Assembly (NCBI GenBank): GCA_963827685.1
Contig: CAWHBU010000003.1
Coordinates: 384,001-448,000 of the forward strand
Direction: 5' to 3'
Source of the DNA: an uncultured delta proteobacterium
Lineage (GTDB): Bacteria > Desulfobacterota > BSN033 > UBA1163
Length of the DNA stretch: 64,000 nucleotides
Below, one piece after another: positions 22,143 through 32,474 of this stretch. The notes under the pieces were generated by a model that saw nothing but the letters and a program-made list of their open reading frames with translations, made no database searches and was not told where the DNA came from. Every line of letters starts with the position of its first letter. Within the stretch, counting starts at the first letter, position 1. The position numbers and the translations under genes were made by a program.

Positions 22143-22850
22143 TTATTTTATGTTGGGTCCCTTTCCACCCGATGCTGGAGCAGACGGTCCCTGCGTCTTG
22201 ATGACTTCTGTTCCAGGCGGGCTGGTAAATTGGAAGAAGGAGATGGAAAGCCCTTCATTGGTTTTGATATTGATGAAACGGGTTCGAGTCACATTTCCCA
22301 AGGCATCGAGCACATCGACTTGAAGGACAATATAGGCCTTTTTATCGACCGTCAAAATCAATTTCGACAAAGTGGCAAGGGGTTCCTTGGGAGCTAACCC
22401 GACAACGTAGTTGTCCTCTTTCTGGGAGACGGATTCTTTCAGATTGAGGAGTTTGAAGTCCCGGCTCAGATTTCCCTCTCCAGCCAGAAAAGCCAGCGGC
22501 GTTTTCTCATTAAGAACACTTGAGACATCTGAAATGAGAACCTGCTTTTCATCAGGTTGATAGTACCAGAGGGTGTGACCATCCGAAATAAGCTTCTGGT
22601 TTGGAACAGTATAGTCCCACCGCATCATCCCTTTCTTCTTAAAATAGACTTTTCCTTCTCCCCGGTTGGGCTGTTTCATCCCCTTGCCGAAATACTCCTG
22701 AATAAAATTAGCTTCAATATCGTTTGTCTTTTCATATCGGTTCTGGATTTCGTTCAATACCTCTTGCCCGGTTAAGCAATAAACGGCTGGGATGAAGGAC
22801 AAATGGAATAGCACCAACGCAAAAAAGATCCGATGAGATATTTTCCTCAT
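22143..22850 (-). CDS. lolA: Outer-membrane lipoprotein carrier LolA
   Basis: Signal peptide, ANFIQE, MRWDY..P.QKLISDG.TLWYY; directly downstream of ftsK; start reassigned to ATG 22850. Confidence 0.85.
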   Translation of the reverse strand: MRKISHRIFFALVLFHLSFIPAVYCLTGQEVLNEIQNRYEKTNDIEANFIQEYFGKGMKQPNRGEGKVYFKKKGMMRWDYTVPNQKLISDGHTLWYYQPDEKQVLISDVSSVLNEKTPLAFLAGEGNLSRDFKLLNLKESVSQKEDNYVVGLAPKEPLATLSKLILTVDKKAYIVLQVDVLDALGNVTRTRFINIKTNEGLSISFFQFTSPPGTEVIKTQGPSAPASGGKGPNIK

Positions 22851-22870
22851 TCTCGTCAACCTCTCGTGTT

Positions 22871-22922
22871 CCCCCCTCATCCCATCCCTCTCCCCCCAGG
22901 GGAGAGGGGAAGGGCGAGGGGT
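22871..22922. repeat. C/G-rich REP-like palindrome
   Basis: CCCTCTCCCC-CCA-GGGGAGAGGG core; related elements near 17751-17812, 25171-25210 and 61348-61440. Confidence 0.6.
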
Positions 22923-22926
22923 TGTA

Positions 22927-25152
22927 CTATTCAATCTTCTTAACCAGAACCTCTCTGGGCTTGACCCCATCAGAAGGTCCCACCACGCCTTCTTCTTCCA
23001 TCTTTTCGACGATGCGGGCCGCCCGGTTATAACCGATTCGAAATCGCCTTTGGATGAGGGAGATGGAGGCCTGTCCGATCTCGGAAATAAAGGCGACTGC
23101 CTCATCATATTTCTCGTCGTATTCGTCCTCCGCTCCTCCGGCCGCCTCTTTTTCTTTCTTTACCTCGGCGAGAACCGAAGGGTCCAAATAAGAAGGCTTC
23201 CCTTGCTTTTTCAAGAATTCAACAATCCGCTTGATCTCGGCACTGGAGACGAAAGCGCCATGAAGACGTGTCAGTTTCGAACTGCCGGGTGGGAGAAAGA
23301 GCATGTCTCCGGCTCCCAGAAGGTGCTCCGCACCAATGGTGTCCAGGATGGTTCGGGAATCTACTTTGGAGGTAACCTGAAAGGAAATCCGCGCAGGAAA
23401 GTTTGCTTTAATGATTCCGGTGAGCACATCGACGGAAGGCCGTTGGGTCGCTAACAAAAGATGGATGCCCACCGCCCGTGCCATCTGGGCGAGTCGCGTG
23501 ATCGATTCCTCCACATCCTTCGATGAGATCATCATCAAATCCGCCAACTCATCGATCACCACCACAATATAAGGGATTCTTTCCATAGGCTCCAATGCTT
23601 TTTCTTCATCTCCCTCTAAAACATCGCCCTTCCGTTTATAAATTTTCCCTTTTTCTTTCAGTTCCTTCTCCATCCGCTGATGGTAATGCTCAATATTTCT
23701 TACCCCCTTTTCGGCTAAAACCGTATACCGCCGTTCCATCTCTTCGACCAGCCATCTAAGGGCCGCCGCTGCTTTTTTCGGGTTGGTCACAACAGGTAGA
23801 AGCAGATGCGGAATGCCTTCATAATCGGAGAGCTCCAGCATCTTCGGGTCAATCATGAGGAACCGGACCTCTTCTGGGATGGCCTTGAAAAGGATGCTGC
23901 AGATCATGGCATTGATGGAAACACTTTTCCCGGAACCTGTTGATCCAGCAACCAGGAGATGGGGCATTCTTGCAAGATCCACCACGAAGGGCTCTCCTGA
24001 GATATCCTTGCCAAGCCCAAAAGAGAGTTTTGATTTGAAAGTTCGAAAGGGATCGGAATCGATGATCTCTTTGAGATAGACGGTCTCCCTGTTTGTGTTT
24101 GGAACTTCAATGCCCACCACCGATTTGCCGGGGATGGGGGCGACGATACGAATGGACAGAGCGCTTAATGCCAGGGCCAGGTCATCTGCCAAGTTGACAA
24201 TCCGGCTGACTTTCACTCCGGGAGCCGGCTCGAATTCATAGACCGTGATCACGGGACCGGGCCTGACCTCGACCACTTTTCCCTCGACGCCATAATCCAG
24301 AAGTTTTTTCTCCAAAATACGAGAGTTCATGATCAAGCTCTCCCGGTCAATCTTCTGTCTTTTCTCCAACTCGGCCTCAAGCAAAGAAATGGGAGGAAGT
24401 TGGAAAGCTTTTGAGGCCTCTAAGAATTCGAACGCCTCCTGTTTCACTACCTCCTCCTTTTTCGGAGGAGGGGATGGCTTTTCTACGACGACGGTCGGGA
24501 GGGCCTCCTTCGCTTCTTTCTTCTGTTTCACCAATTTCTTTTGCCTCTCCGCACCTTCTTCTCTAACCATTTTAAGTGTACCGATCTTTTCGATCAGTTT
24601 TTGAACAGCCGCCCCCAAATGCTTGACGAGGGAGATGAAGGAAATCCCTGTCCCCAGAACGAATGAAAGGATTAGAATCACCAATAAAAGGATGGTCGCC
24701 CCCGGACGATTGAAATACCTGACAAGATTTCTCGAAAAAATTTCTCCAATAAACCCTCCCATTAAGAGATCCTGACGATAAATACGGACGGGATTCAACC
24801 ATAAACCAAAGAAGGCAGAGGTGGCGATGAGGATCACTGCCCAACCGGCTATTTTCAAAGATAGGTATTTCCACTCCCACCTGAAAATGAAACTGAAGGC
24901 AAAGACAACCAGGATAAAAGGAATCAGAAAAGAGGGAAAGCCAAATCCCTGGAAGAGAAAGCCGGAGAGATAGGCTCCTACACTCCCCATCCAATTATGA
25001 ACCGCCTTGACCTTTGAGGAGGTGTAGGAAAAGAAAGAGGGATCCATGGGGTGATAAGAGACCAAACCTAAAAAGAGGAAGAGCGCCACGGCGATCAGCA
25101 AAATCCCTATGGTCTCACGCTTTAACTTTTCCTGGATGGAATCCTCTATCAC
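22927..25152 (-). CDS. ftsK: DNA translocase FtsK
   Basis: 4TM N-terminus, PHLLVAGSTGSGKS, IDELADLM, ATQRPSVDV, gamma domain IGYNRAAR; GTG 25152 after GGAG. Confidence 0.96.
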   Translation of the reverse strand: MIEDSIQEKLKRETIGILLIAVALFLFLGLVSYHPMDPSFFSYTSSKVKAVHNWMGSVGAYLSGFLFQGFGFPSFLIPFILVVFAFSFIFRWEWKYLSLKIAGWAVILIATSAFFGLWLNPVRIYRQDLLMGGFIGEIFSRNLVRYFNRPGATILLLVILILSFVLGTGISFISLVKHLGAAVQKLIEKIGTLKMVREEGAERQKKLVKQKKEAKEALPTVVVEKPSPPPKKEEVVKQEAFEFLEASKAFQLPPISLLEAELEKRQKIDRESLIMNSRILEKKLLDYGVEGKVVEVRPGPVITVYEFEPAPGVKVSRIVNLADDLALALSALSIRIVAPIPGKSVVGIEVPNTNRETVYLKEIIDSDPFRTFKSKLSFGLGKDISGEPFVVDLARMPHLLVAGSTGSGKSVSINAMICSILFKAIPEEVRFLMIDPKMLELSDYEGIPHLLLPVVTNPKKAAAALRWLVEEMERRYTVLAEKGVRNIEHYHQRMEKELKEKGKIYKRKGDVLEGDEEKALEPMERIPYIVVVIDELADLMMISSKDVEESITRLAQMARAVGIHLLLATQRPSVDVLTGIIKANFPARISFQVTSKVDSRTILDTIGAEHLLGAGDMLFLPPGSSKLTRLHGAFVSSAEIKRIVEFLKKQGKPSYLDPSVLAEVKKEKEAAGGAEDEYDEKYDEAVAFISEIGQASISLIQRRFRIGYNRAARIVEKMEEEGVVGPSDGVKPREVLVKKIE

Positions 25153-25210
25153 AATTTCTCCTGACTCTAAGGTTCCCCCTCTCGCCAAGGGAAGGGATAT
25201 TAAGGAGTTG

Positions 25211-25924
25211 TCATTTTTGAGAGATCCTCTCAAAATTTCTGGAGATTGTTTCTCTCACTTTCTTCATCAGGGACTCCCTATCCTTTGAAGAACAATTCAT
25301 TGTCTCGATGGGACGATCCACTAACATTCGAATCTCTCCGGGGGCAGCGGTCAATCTATCCTTCGGCATGATGTCCCGGCTTCCACTGATCGCAATGGGA
25401 ACGATAGGAACCTTTGACTTAATCGCCAGGGTGAATCCCCCTTTTTTAAAAGGTTGGATCGAACCATCCGGGCTTCTTGAACCCTCGGGAAAAATGACCA
25501 TTGACATCCCATCTCGAATCTTCCGGGCGGCGTCGTTCATGGCCTCCACGGTGTCCCGGGTTCCTCCCCGATCAACGCTAATATAGCCTACGGCGGCCAT
25601 TGCCCAACCGAAAAAAGGAATGGAAAAGAGCTCTTTCTTGACTAACCATTTAAACTGATAGGGAAGATGGCCCAGCAAGGCAAAGATATCATAACTTCCC
25701 TGGTGGTTTGACATAAAGATATAGGGACCTTTTCCATGCAGATGCCCCATCCCTTCTATCCTGACCTTCACCCGGTTGGCCAGAAGAGCCGCTTTCCCCC
25801 AGAGTTTTGCATAATAATGACCCACCCTTCCCTTTCGGTCAAATGGATAGGTGATAAGAGCAAACACCCCCAGAACCAACGTGGCGATGACAATACAAGA
25901 CCAAACAAAAATTGTCCGGATCAT
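25211..25924 (-). CDS. plsC: 1-acyl-sn-glycerol-3-phosphate acyltransferase
   Basis: NHQGSYD (HX4D), FPEGSRS, FKKGGF. Confidence 0.9.
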   Translation of the reverse strand: MIRTIFVWSCIVIATLVLGVFALITYPFDRKGRVGHYYAKLWGKAALLANRVKVRIEGMGHLHGKGPYIFMSNHQGSYDIFALLGHLPYQFKWLVKKELFSIPFFGWAMAAVGYISVDRGGTRDTVEAMNDAARKIRDGMSMVIFPEGSRSPDGSIQPFKKGGFTLAIKSKVPIVPIAISGSRDIMPKDRLTAAPGEIRMLVDRPIETMNCSSKDRESLMKKVRETISRNFERISQK

Positions 25925-26009
25925 AAAACCGTGCACCGTGTCCGTGATTCGTGAATCGGCTTTTACTCTTTGAACTCTCGACTCATCATTCTTAATTCTT
26001 AACTCTATT

Positions 26010-26783
26010 TTAAATTCTCTTCTCCAACTCCTTGAGGATAGTCCCCACTTCCTCCTTAATTTTTTCATCGATGTCATAAGGGGATTTTCCTTCCCTGTCT
26101 GCTTGAAGAACTTTGGGATTAAAACTCATGTGGCCTAAGACGGGGAAATCGGAAAGCTGTTCTTCAATGAGTCGTTTATCCTCCTCAGAGTTGACTTTAT
26201 TTCCGACAATCATCGTATTTTTGATCTTTAAATCCTCACCCAATTTCTTGATCTGTCTTGCTGTATTTATGGCCCTCTGCCCTGGTTCCACGACAATGAC
26301 GAGGGCATCCACATATCCGGTGCTCCCCCTTCCAAGGTGTTCCAAACCTGCCTCCATATCAATGATCAGGGCTTCTTCCCGCTGGACCAGAAGATGACGA
26401 ACCAGATTCTTCAGAAGGACATTTTCAGGGCAAAAGCAGCCTCCCCCTCCCTGAGGAATAGAGCCTAATAGAAGAAGTTTGACCCCTTGGTAACTCACTC
26501 CCATGTCGTCAGGAAGGTCATCCACTTTGGGATTAAGTTTGAACATCGCCCCATAACCCCCCTTCTTTGCACCGGTTCTCTCCTCAATCATAGAAGTCAT
26601 GGAGGCAATCGGCGAGAGTTTGGCGAGAGCTTCTTTAGGAAGGCCGATGGCAGAGGCTAAGTTGGAATCGGGGTCGGCATCAATGGCAAGAACCTTTCTG
26701 CCTCGACTTGCCAAAATTCTTGCCATGACTCCTGCAAGCGTCGTTTTCCCAACCCCGCCTTTTCCTGAAATAGCAATCTTCAT
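26010..26783 (-). CDS. cooC: CooC/AcsF-family nickel-insertion ATPase
   Basis: GKGGVGKTT, DADPD, GGGCFC, DMEAGLEHLGRG. Confidence 0.9.
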   Translation of the reverse strand: MKIAISGKGGVGKTTLAGVMARILASRGRKVLAIDADPDSNLASAIGLPKEALAKLSPIASMTSMIEERTGAKKGGYGAMFKLNPKVDDLPDDMGVSYQGVKLLLLGSIPQGGGGCFCPENVLLKNLVRHLLVQREEALIIDMEAGLEHLGRGSTGYVDALVIVVEPGQRAINTARQIKKLGEDLKIKNTMIVGNKVNSEEDKRLIEEQLSDFPVLGHMSFNPKVLQADREGKSPYDIDEKIKEEVGTILKELEKRI

Positions 26784-26882
26784 TCTCTGCTCCGGTACTT
26801 ATCATAATCAAAAAATGATTAAATGTCTATTGTGGCAGATATCTTACCTTTCTTTTTAGCTCGATTCCTACCCAAAGACAAA

Positions 26883-26911
26883 TTGACAAAGGGTTGCTTA
26901 TCATCAATAAT
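26883..26911 (+). promoter_or_regulatory. Sigma-70 promoter for MFS gene
   Basis: TTGACA-N17-AATAAT. Confidence 0.55.
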
Positions 26912-26936
26912 ATTAAATCTTAAATAGGAAAGAACA

Positions 26937-28103
26937 ATGAAACTAAATAAAAAGGCGTTGGCGATTCTCAGCGCCGGCCATCTTGTCACCGATCTCAATC
27001 AAGGGGCCTTGCCTGCCCTTCTTCCTTTTTTTAAAGAGGCATTGAACCTTTCCTATACGATGTCAGGCGCCATCGTTCTTTCTTCCAATCTGACCTCTTC
27101 GATTATCCAGCCAGCATTCGGACATCTTTCAGACAGACGACCCATCGGATGGTTTCTTCCCCTGGCACCTTTCATTGCCTGTTTGGGATTATCGGTCACC
27201 GGATTCGTCTCCCATTATTCTCTTCTTCTCCTGTGTGTCATCCTGACCGGCGTTGGAATTGCAATTTTCCATCCGGAAGGATACAAAACAGCCTACTATT
27301 TCACCGGCGATAAGAAGGTCACAGGCATGTCATTTTTTTCGGTCGGCGGAAACCTGGGGATTGCCCTTGGCCCAATGGTGGCGATGACACTCGTCACCTT
27401 CTTCGGTCTCAAGGGAACGATAGGCTTGATCATACCCGGAATTTTCATTGCCATCATCCTGCTGACTTTCAACACGTCCATGCTTTCCTCTACGGTTGAG
27501 TCTGCCCATAAAGAGGCGACGAAGGAGTTGAGAAGACCTCTTACAAAAAACCAAAAGTTGTCGTTCTCTCTTCTCATCGTTATCGCAACTTTAAGAGCCT
27601 GGACCCAATTTGGAATGGCGACCTACATCCCTTTCTATTACATCAATTATTTGAAAGGAAATCCTCTGTATGCAGGGAAACTGGTTTCAACCTTTCTGCT
27701 CGCAGGGGCATTGGGAACACTCCTGGGTGCTCCGTTAGCGGATCGGTGGGGCCATAAAAAATTCCTGCTCATCACGTTGGCCCTGTCGTCTCCTCTTCTT
27801 CTTCTTTTCTACCATAGCAGCGGTTTCATGACTTTCGTCTTTTTGGGAGTATCAGGGATGGTCTTGATCTCCACGTTCGCCCTCACCACTGTGATGGGCC
27901 AAGCCCTCCTCCCGCAACATCTGGGAATGGCATCAGGGATGATGGTTGGATTTACCATGAGTGCAGGTGGACTCGGAGTGACCCTGCTGGGAGTGATTGC
28001 AGATACTTGGGGAGTCCCAATGGCAATCCAATCCATCTTCGCGTTGCCATTCATTGCATTTATTCTTGGTTTTTTGGTAAAGTATCCTCTTGAAAAAACA
28101 TGA
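26937..28103 (+). CDS. MFS transporter, Fsr-like
   Basis: HLVTDLNQGALPALLP, FHPEG, FSVGGNLG, LADRWG. Confidence 0.85.
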   Translation: MKLNKKALAILSAGHLVTDLNQGALPALLPFFKEALNLSYTMSGAIVLSSNLTSSIIQPAFGHLSDRRPIGWFLPLAPFIACLGLSVTGFVSHYSLLLLCVILTGVGIAIFHPEGYKTAYYFTGDKKVTGMSFFSVGGNLGIALGPMVAMTLVTFFGLKGTIGLIIPGIFIAIILLTFNTSMLSSTVESAHKEATKELRRPLTKNQKLSFSLLIVIATLRAWTQFGMATYIPFYYINYLKGNPLYAGKLVSTFLLAGALGTLLGAPLADRWGHKKFLLITLALSSPLLLLFYHSSGFMTFVFLGVSGMVLISTFALTTVMGQALLPQHLGMASGMMVGFTMSAGGLGVTLLGVIADTWGVPMAIQSIFALPFIAFILGFLVKYPLEKT

Positions 28104-28113
28104 CGGGTGAGCG

Positions 28114-29091
28114 ATGAGCACAATTCTGGTTACGGGTGGCGCAGGGTTTATCGGTTCACACCTTTGTGAACGCCTTTTGAGCGATGGGGTGAAAGTGATT
28201 TGTCTCGACAACTTTGACACTTTTTACGATCCCAATATAAAAATCAAAAATACGGAGACGCTCACAAAGAAATTTCCACACCTGTTTGAGCTTGTCACAG
28301 GGGATATTCGAAACCCCGAACAGCTTAAAGGGGTCTTTCAAAAAAACAAGGTCGATTTCGTTGTTCACCTGGCTGCCAGGGCTGGAGTGAGGCCCTCTAT
28401 TGCCGACCCCCTTCTTTACCAGGATGTGAACATACGAGGGACGATTGTCCTTCTGGAAGCTTGTAAAGAAAGAGGAGTCAAAAACTTTGTTTTTGCCTCC
28501 TCTTCTTCAGTCTACGGAGAAAACCAAAGGGTCCCATTCACGGAAAAGGACCTCGATATTCAACCCATCTCACCTTACGGAGCCACCAAACGGGCTGGTG
28601 AACTTCTCTGCTATTCTTATCATCACCTTTATGGGATGAACACCGCCTGCCTCCGGATCTTCACTGCCTATGGTCCAAGACAGAGACCGGAGATGGCGAT
28701 CCATAAATTTACTCGTTTCATTGATCAGGGTGAAAAAATCCCAATTTATGGGGATGGTTCTTCCCGACGGGATTACACCTACATTGATGATTTGATCGAT
28801 GGGATTCTCGGTGTCATTCGCCACCATAAAGGGTTTGAGATCTATAATCTCGGAGAATCTCAGACCACTTCTTTAAAAGAATTAATACGATTGATTGAGG
28901 AAACGTTCGGCAAAAAAGCGAATTTCGAAATGCTGGAGTTCCAGCCTGGCGATGTTTCTGTGACCTATGCCGATATCACCAAGGCAAAACGGATGCTGAA
29001 ATATCAACCTAAAGTGAAGATGAAGGAGGGTATCCAGCGTTTCGTGGAATGGTACAAGAGAGTCAAGGATTTACCGGATGCCACCGCCTGA
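28114..29091 (+). CDS. NAD-dependent nucleotide-sugar epimerase (UDP-glucuronate 4-epimerase-like)
   Basis: TGGAGFIG, HLAARAGVRPS, SSSSVYG, YGATK, GPRQRPEMA. Confidence 0.88.
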   Translation: MSTILVTGGAGFIGSHLCERLLSDGVKVICLDNFDTFYDPNIKIKNTETLTKKFPHLFELVTGDIRNPEQLKGVFQKNKVDFVVHLAARAGVRPSIADPLLYQDVNIRGTIVLLEACKERGVKNFVFASSSSVYGENQRVPFTEKDLDIQPISPYGATKRAGELLCYSYHHLYGMNTACLRIFTAYGPRQRPEMAIHKFTRFIDQGEKIPIYGDGSSRRDYTYIDDLIDGILGVIRHHKGFEIYNLGESQTTSLKELIRLIEETFGKKANFEMLEFQPGDVSVTYADITKAKRMLKYQPKVKMKEGIQRFVEWYKRVKDLPDATA

Positions 29092-29342
29092 ACAAACCAT
29101 CCGTCTTGCAGTTTCTCATAACCGTAATTATCTTTCAATAAAAGAGGATTCGAAGAATCAAGCGGAGGTGGATGAGTAATGATCTTTGCTATTATTTCGA
29201 TATGGATCCTGATTATTGTCGCTTTTGGGATTTATTAGCATGCCCTCAGGATCTCTCAGAAATTGACACAATGTTTAACACTTCTTGAGAAGATCGTAGA
29301 AGGAACAAAAAAATAGCTCCAACCTTATTGCCTCATCGTGCA

Positions 29343-30290
29343 TCAATTGAGCAGTCTGTCTGGGCTTGACGATACGTCGACTTTGCGCGGTCGAACTACT
29401 GAGGCTACGACTGAAACGATGAGAATACCGGCAACAACACTTAAGGCGACGACAATTGGAATTTTGTAAATGTCTGCAAGAAGCATCTTAGCGCCTATGA
29501 AAACAAGAATGGAAGAGAGACCCAGATGCAAGTAGTGAAAGAGTTGCATAGCTCGCGCGAGTGCGAAGTAGAGTGCCCGTAGACCTAAAATAGCGAATAC
29601 GTTTGAAGTGTAAACAATGAACGGATCCAGCGTTATGGCGAGGATTGCCGGAATCGAATCTACAGCAAAAATAACGTCCGTAGTTTCTACGACCAACAAC
29701 ACGACAAATAAAGGGGTGGCAAAAGTCCTTCCGTTTTGTTGAACAAAGAATTTTCCCTGTGGAGAGTGATCTGTGACGGGCATAAATCGGCGGAAGAGTC
29801 TTAGAGCAGGGTTTCTCTCAGGATGGATTTCTTTGTCCTTCTGGAACACCATTTTGATGCCCGCGAGAATAAGGAACGCTCCGAAAACATAGATGGTGCA
29901 GTGAAATTGCTGAATCAATGTTACGCCCACTGCGATGAAGATTCCCCGCATAATCAGAGCACCGAGAATTCCCCAGAATAGGATTTTATGTTGGTAAAAG
30001 GAACCCACACGAAAGTAGGAGAAGATGAGGAAAAACACGAAAATGTTATCTACGCTTAGGGACTTTTCAAGCAAATAGCCTGTGAGGAATTCAAGTGCCT
30101 GTTCGGGACCACGCCAAACATAAATTCCGACATTGAAAGCAAGGCCTAATGCAATCCAGGCAGCGCTCCAAACAAGCGCTTCCTTAATCTTGACCTCGTG
30201 AGCTTTCCTATGGAAAACCCCAAGATCGATGGCGAGCATTGCGAGCACGAAGATGTTAAAGAGAATCCACGGCAGAATTTGGTTCAGCAT
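29343..30290 (-). CDS. TerC/Alx family metal homeostasis membrane protein
   Basis: EKSLSVDNIFVF, ETTDVIFAVDSIPA, SNVFAILGLRALYF. Confidence 0.92.
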   Translation of the reverse strand: MLNQILPWILFNIFVLAMLAIDLGVFHRKAHEVKIKEALVWSAAWIALGLAFNVGIYVWRGPEQALEFLTGYLLEKSLSVDNIFVFFLIFSYFRVGSFYQHKILFWGILGALIMRGIFIAVGVTLIQQFHCTIYVFGAFLILAGIKMVFQKDKEIHPERNPALRLFRRFMPVTDHSPQGKFFVQQNGRTFATPLFVVLLVVETTDVIFAVDSIPAILAITLDPFIVYTSNVFAILGLRALYFALARAMQLFHYLHLGLSSILVFIGAKMLLADIYKIPIVVALSVVAGILIVSVVASVVRPRKVDVSSSPDRLLN

Positions 30291-30520
30291 TACTTTTCCT
30301 TCGTGCTCGCCTGTTTGTGAAATTTACTTTTGATCTTATTGAGTATTCTTCTTGCCCACAGTAATTCCGTTGCAAGAATGCCCAAGCCAAGCGGTATCAC
30401 GATAAAGGCTGGGCCTGGCAGTACGATCATAGCAATTCCAATAAACAGAATTGAAAAACCTATTAGAATTATTATGAGTCTCTTTGTCTGTTTGAGCGTT
30501 TTGAGCAATAAGGGATTCAT
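30290..30520 (-). CDS. PGPGW-domain small membrane protein
   Basis: VLPGPAFIVIPLGLGILATE; TAATG coupling to terC. Confidence 0.85.
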   Translation of the reverse strand: MNPLLLKTLKQTKRLIIILIGFSILFIGIAMIVLPGPAFIVIPLGLGILATELLWARRILNKIKSKFHKQASTKEK

Positions 30521-30743
30521 ATATCAAATATTCCATCCAAAAACTTTTATTGTTATGTTGATCGATTGTCAATGTTTTTAATAACCGATAGGTCCTTCTG
30601 TGGATCCGCCAGTTTTATCGATTTCATGTTGAAATTTTTAATCCAGGAATCAATTTGATAAATCACTCTTTCAGGAAATCCCTAACGCACCGTGGATAGC
30701 TTTCTTGGTATTTTGCCGGCAGTTGCAAAACGAGCTATACCGA

Positions 30744-32294
30744 TCAACGCTTCATAGAAATACGACGCAGACTAAGATAAAGCGGCCGGAGCCGGTGGTA
30801 CATCTTAAGATAGACCTGATGATAGAGATCGTCGTAGATCTGGCAAGTTTTCGGGTCGGGCTCGAAGCTCTGGCCCTTGTGTGTCATGTCGGCTGCAGCA
30901 GCCTTGAAATCGGGGTGAACCTTAACACCCACTGCGGCATCCATGGCTGCTCCCAGTCCTGAAGCCTCATAAACATGCGGCCGGGCAGCGGTCATACCGA
31001 AGACATCCGCAGTCAGCTGCATAGCAGCATTGCTCTGGCTGCCTCCGCCGGCGACCCTCAGGTCCGTAACAGGAACGCCGCTCCGCTTTTCGGTGCGTTC
31101 CTTTCCCTCTCTTAGAGCATAGGCCAGTCCTTCCAGAATCGCGCGGTAAACGTGAGCCCGGGTGTGCACTTCACTAAACCCGATAATGGCCCCGCGCGCC
31201 TCAGGCCCTGGGTGGCGCAGCCCCGGAGACCAATATGGCTGCAGCACCAGTCCTTGCGACCCTGCCGGCACAGCTTTCACTAAGTCGTCAAATAATACCT
31301 CCGGTTCTACACCTCGCTCAGTGGCGATGTTTACCTCGGACAGTCCAAACTCACGCTTGAACCAGCTTATCATCCAATACCCGCGATAGATCTCGATTTC
31401 CAGGTTATAGAGCCCTGGCTCCGCCGCGGGGTAAGGTGGGATGAGCCGGATCACTTCGATATATTTGCTGTGGGTGGTGTTGATCGATGCGGTGGTACCA
31501 TAACTCAGGCAGGCAACGTTCGGCTCCAGCGCCCCTGACCCGAGCACTTCGCAGGCTTTATCGGCAGCGGCAGCTATTAGAGGCAACCCTTCCGGGATGC
31601 CGGTGGCTTCCGATGCCTTCCGCGTTATCTGGCCGAGCAACTGTCCCTGAGGTATGAGATCGGGTAGCAAGCTTGGGTCCATGGGTACGGCCTTCCACTT
31701 CCAATCCCATTTGGCTGCCCAGCGGTGGCCCTTATAGTCAAAGGGAATATAGCCGACCTGGCAACCCACCGAGTCTACGAACCTACCTGTCAGCAGGAAC
31801 GTGAGATACCCGGAAAGTAGCAGATACTTATAGGTCTTGCTCCATGTCTCAGGCTGGTAAGTGCGTATCCAGTTCGCCTCAGCTTCTGCGCAGAGATATG
31901 CCACCGTCTCGCTCGCTCCTACAATCGCAAACGCCAGGCCCCATAACCCGCCAAGGCGGGGTAGTCCTTCAGTTCGGCGCTTGTCCAGCCAGATAATTGC
32001 CGGCCGAAGCGGATTTCCTTTTTGGTCAACGTTGATAACTGTAGCACGCTGGGTGGTCAGCGCGACGGCAGCGATGCTGTCCTTTAAGACACCAGGCTGC
32101 TGCCATAAGCCCTGGCAGGCATGACAGACGGCATCCCAGAAGATTTGGGGTCTTTGTTCGGCCAGTCCAGGGGCATCTGAATAGTATGGCTCGATAGACA
32201 CGCGCTGCTTGGCAATCAACTTCCCTCGCGGATCGAATAGCAACGCGCGCACGCTCTGAGTGCCATTGTCGATTGCCAGCAAATTCTCAGCCAT
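30744..32294 (-). CDS. FGGY-family carbohydrate kinase
   Basis: [31 protein letters not shown]. Confidence 0.9.
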   Translation of the reverse strand: MAENLLAIDNGTQSVRALLFDPRGKLIAKQRVSIEPYYSDAPGLAEQRPQIFWDAVCHACQGLWQQPGVLKDSIAAVALTTQRATVINVDQKGNPLRPAIIWLDKRRTEGLPRLGGLWGLAFAIVGASETVAYLCAEAEANWIRTYQPETWSKTYKYLLLSGYLTFLLTGRFVDSVGCQVGYIPFDYKGHRWAAKWDWKWKAVPMDPSLLPDLIPQGQLLGQITRKASEATGIPEGLPLIAAAADKACEVLGSGALEPNVACLSYGTTASINTTHSKYIEVIRLIPPYPAAEPGLYNLEIEIYRGYWMISWFKREFGLSEVNIATERGVEPEVLFDDLVKAVPAGSQGLVLQPYWSPGLRHPGPEARGAIIGFSEVHTRAHVYRAILEGLAYALREGKERTEKRSGVPVTDLRVAGGGSQSNAAMQLTADVFGMTAARPHVYEASGLGAAMDAAVGVKVHPDFKAAAADMTHKGQSFEPDPKTCQIYDDLYHQVYLKMYHRLRPLYLSLRRISMKR

Positions 32295-32474
32295 CTTTCT
32301 CCTCACCTCTTGAAATGAGTTTAAAGACGTTTGGCACAATGAACGATGGACGATGAACAATGAACAAAAAAGATAAATATACGGTTCATCGTTTATCGTT
32401 TAATGTTCATCGTCCCTAAAAAACACGGGCATCTTTGCCGCCGCCTTTAGACGGAGCCCTTTTTCTCTAGGTCA

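Noticed and set aside
22851-23108. Long N-terminal extensions in the ORF track for lolA (likewise plsC, glpD, coaX, argE, FGGY kinase)
   Set aside because: They run through intergenic repeats or upstream genes; downstream starts fit RBS position and family N-termini better
29172-29316. Small ORF after a GGAGG RBS (MSNDLCYY... or MIFAIISIWIL...)
   Set aside because: The hydrophobic frame has an internal TAG and the other frame is not recognisable; possibly a pseudogene but unsupported
30521-30743. yybP-ykoY (Mn2+) riboswitch expected upstream of PGPGW-terC
   Set aside because: No GGGGAGUAG-type core or matching stems visible on the minus strand
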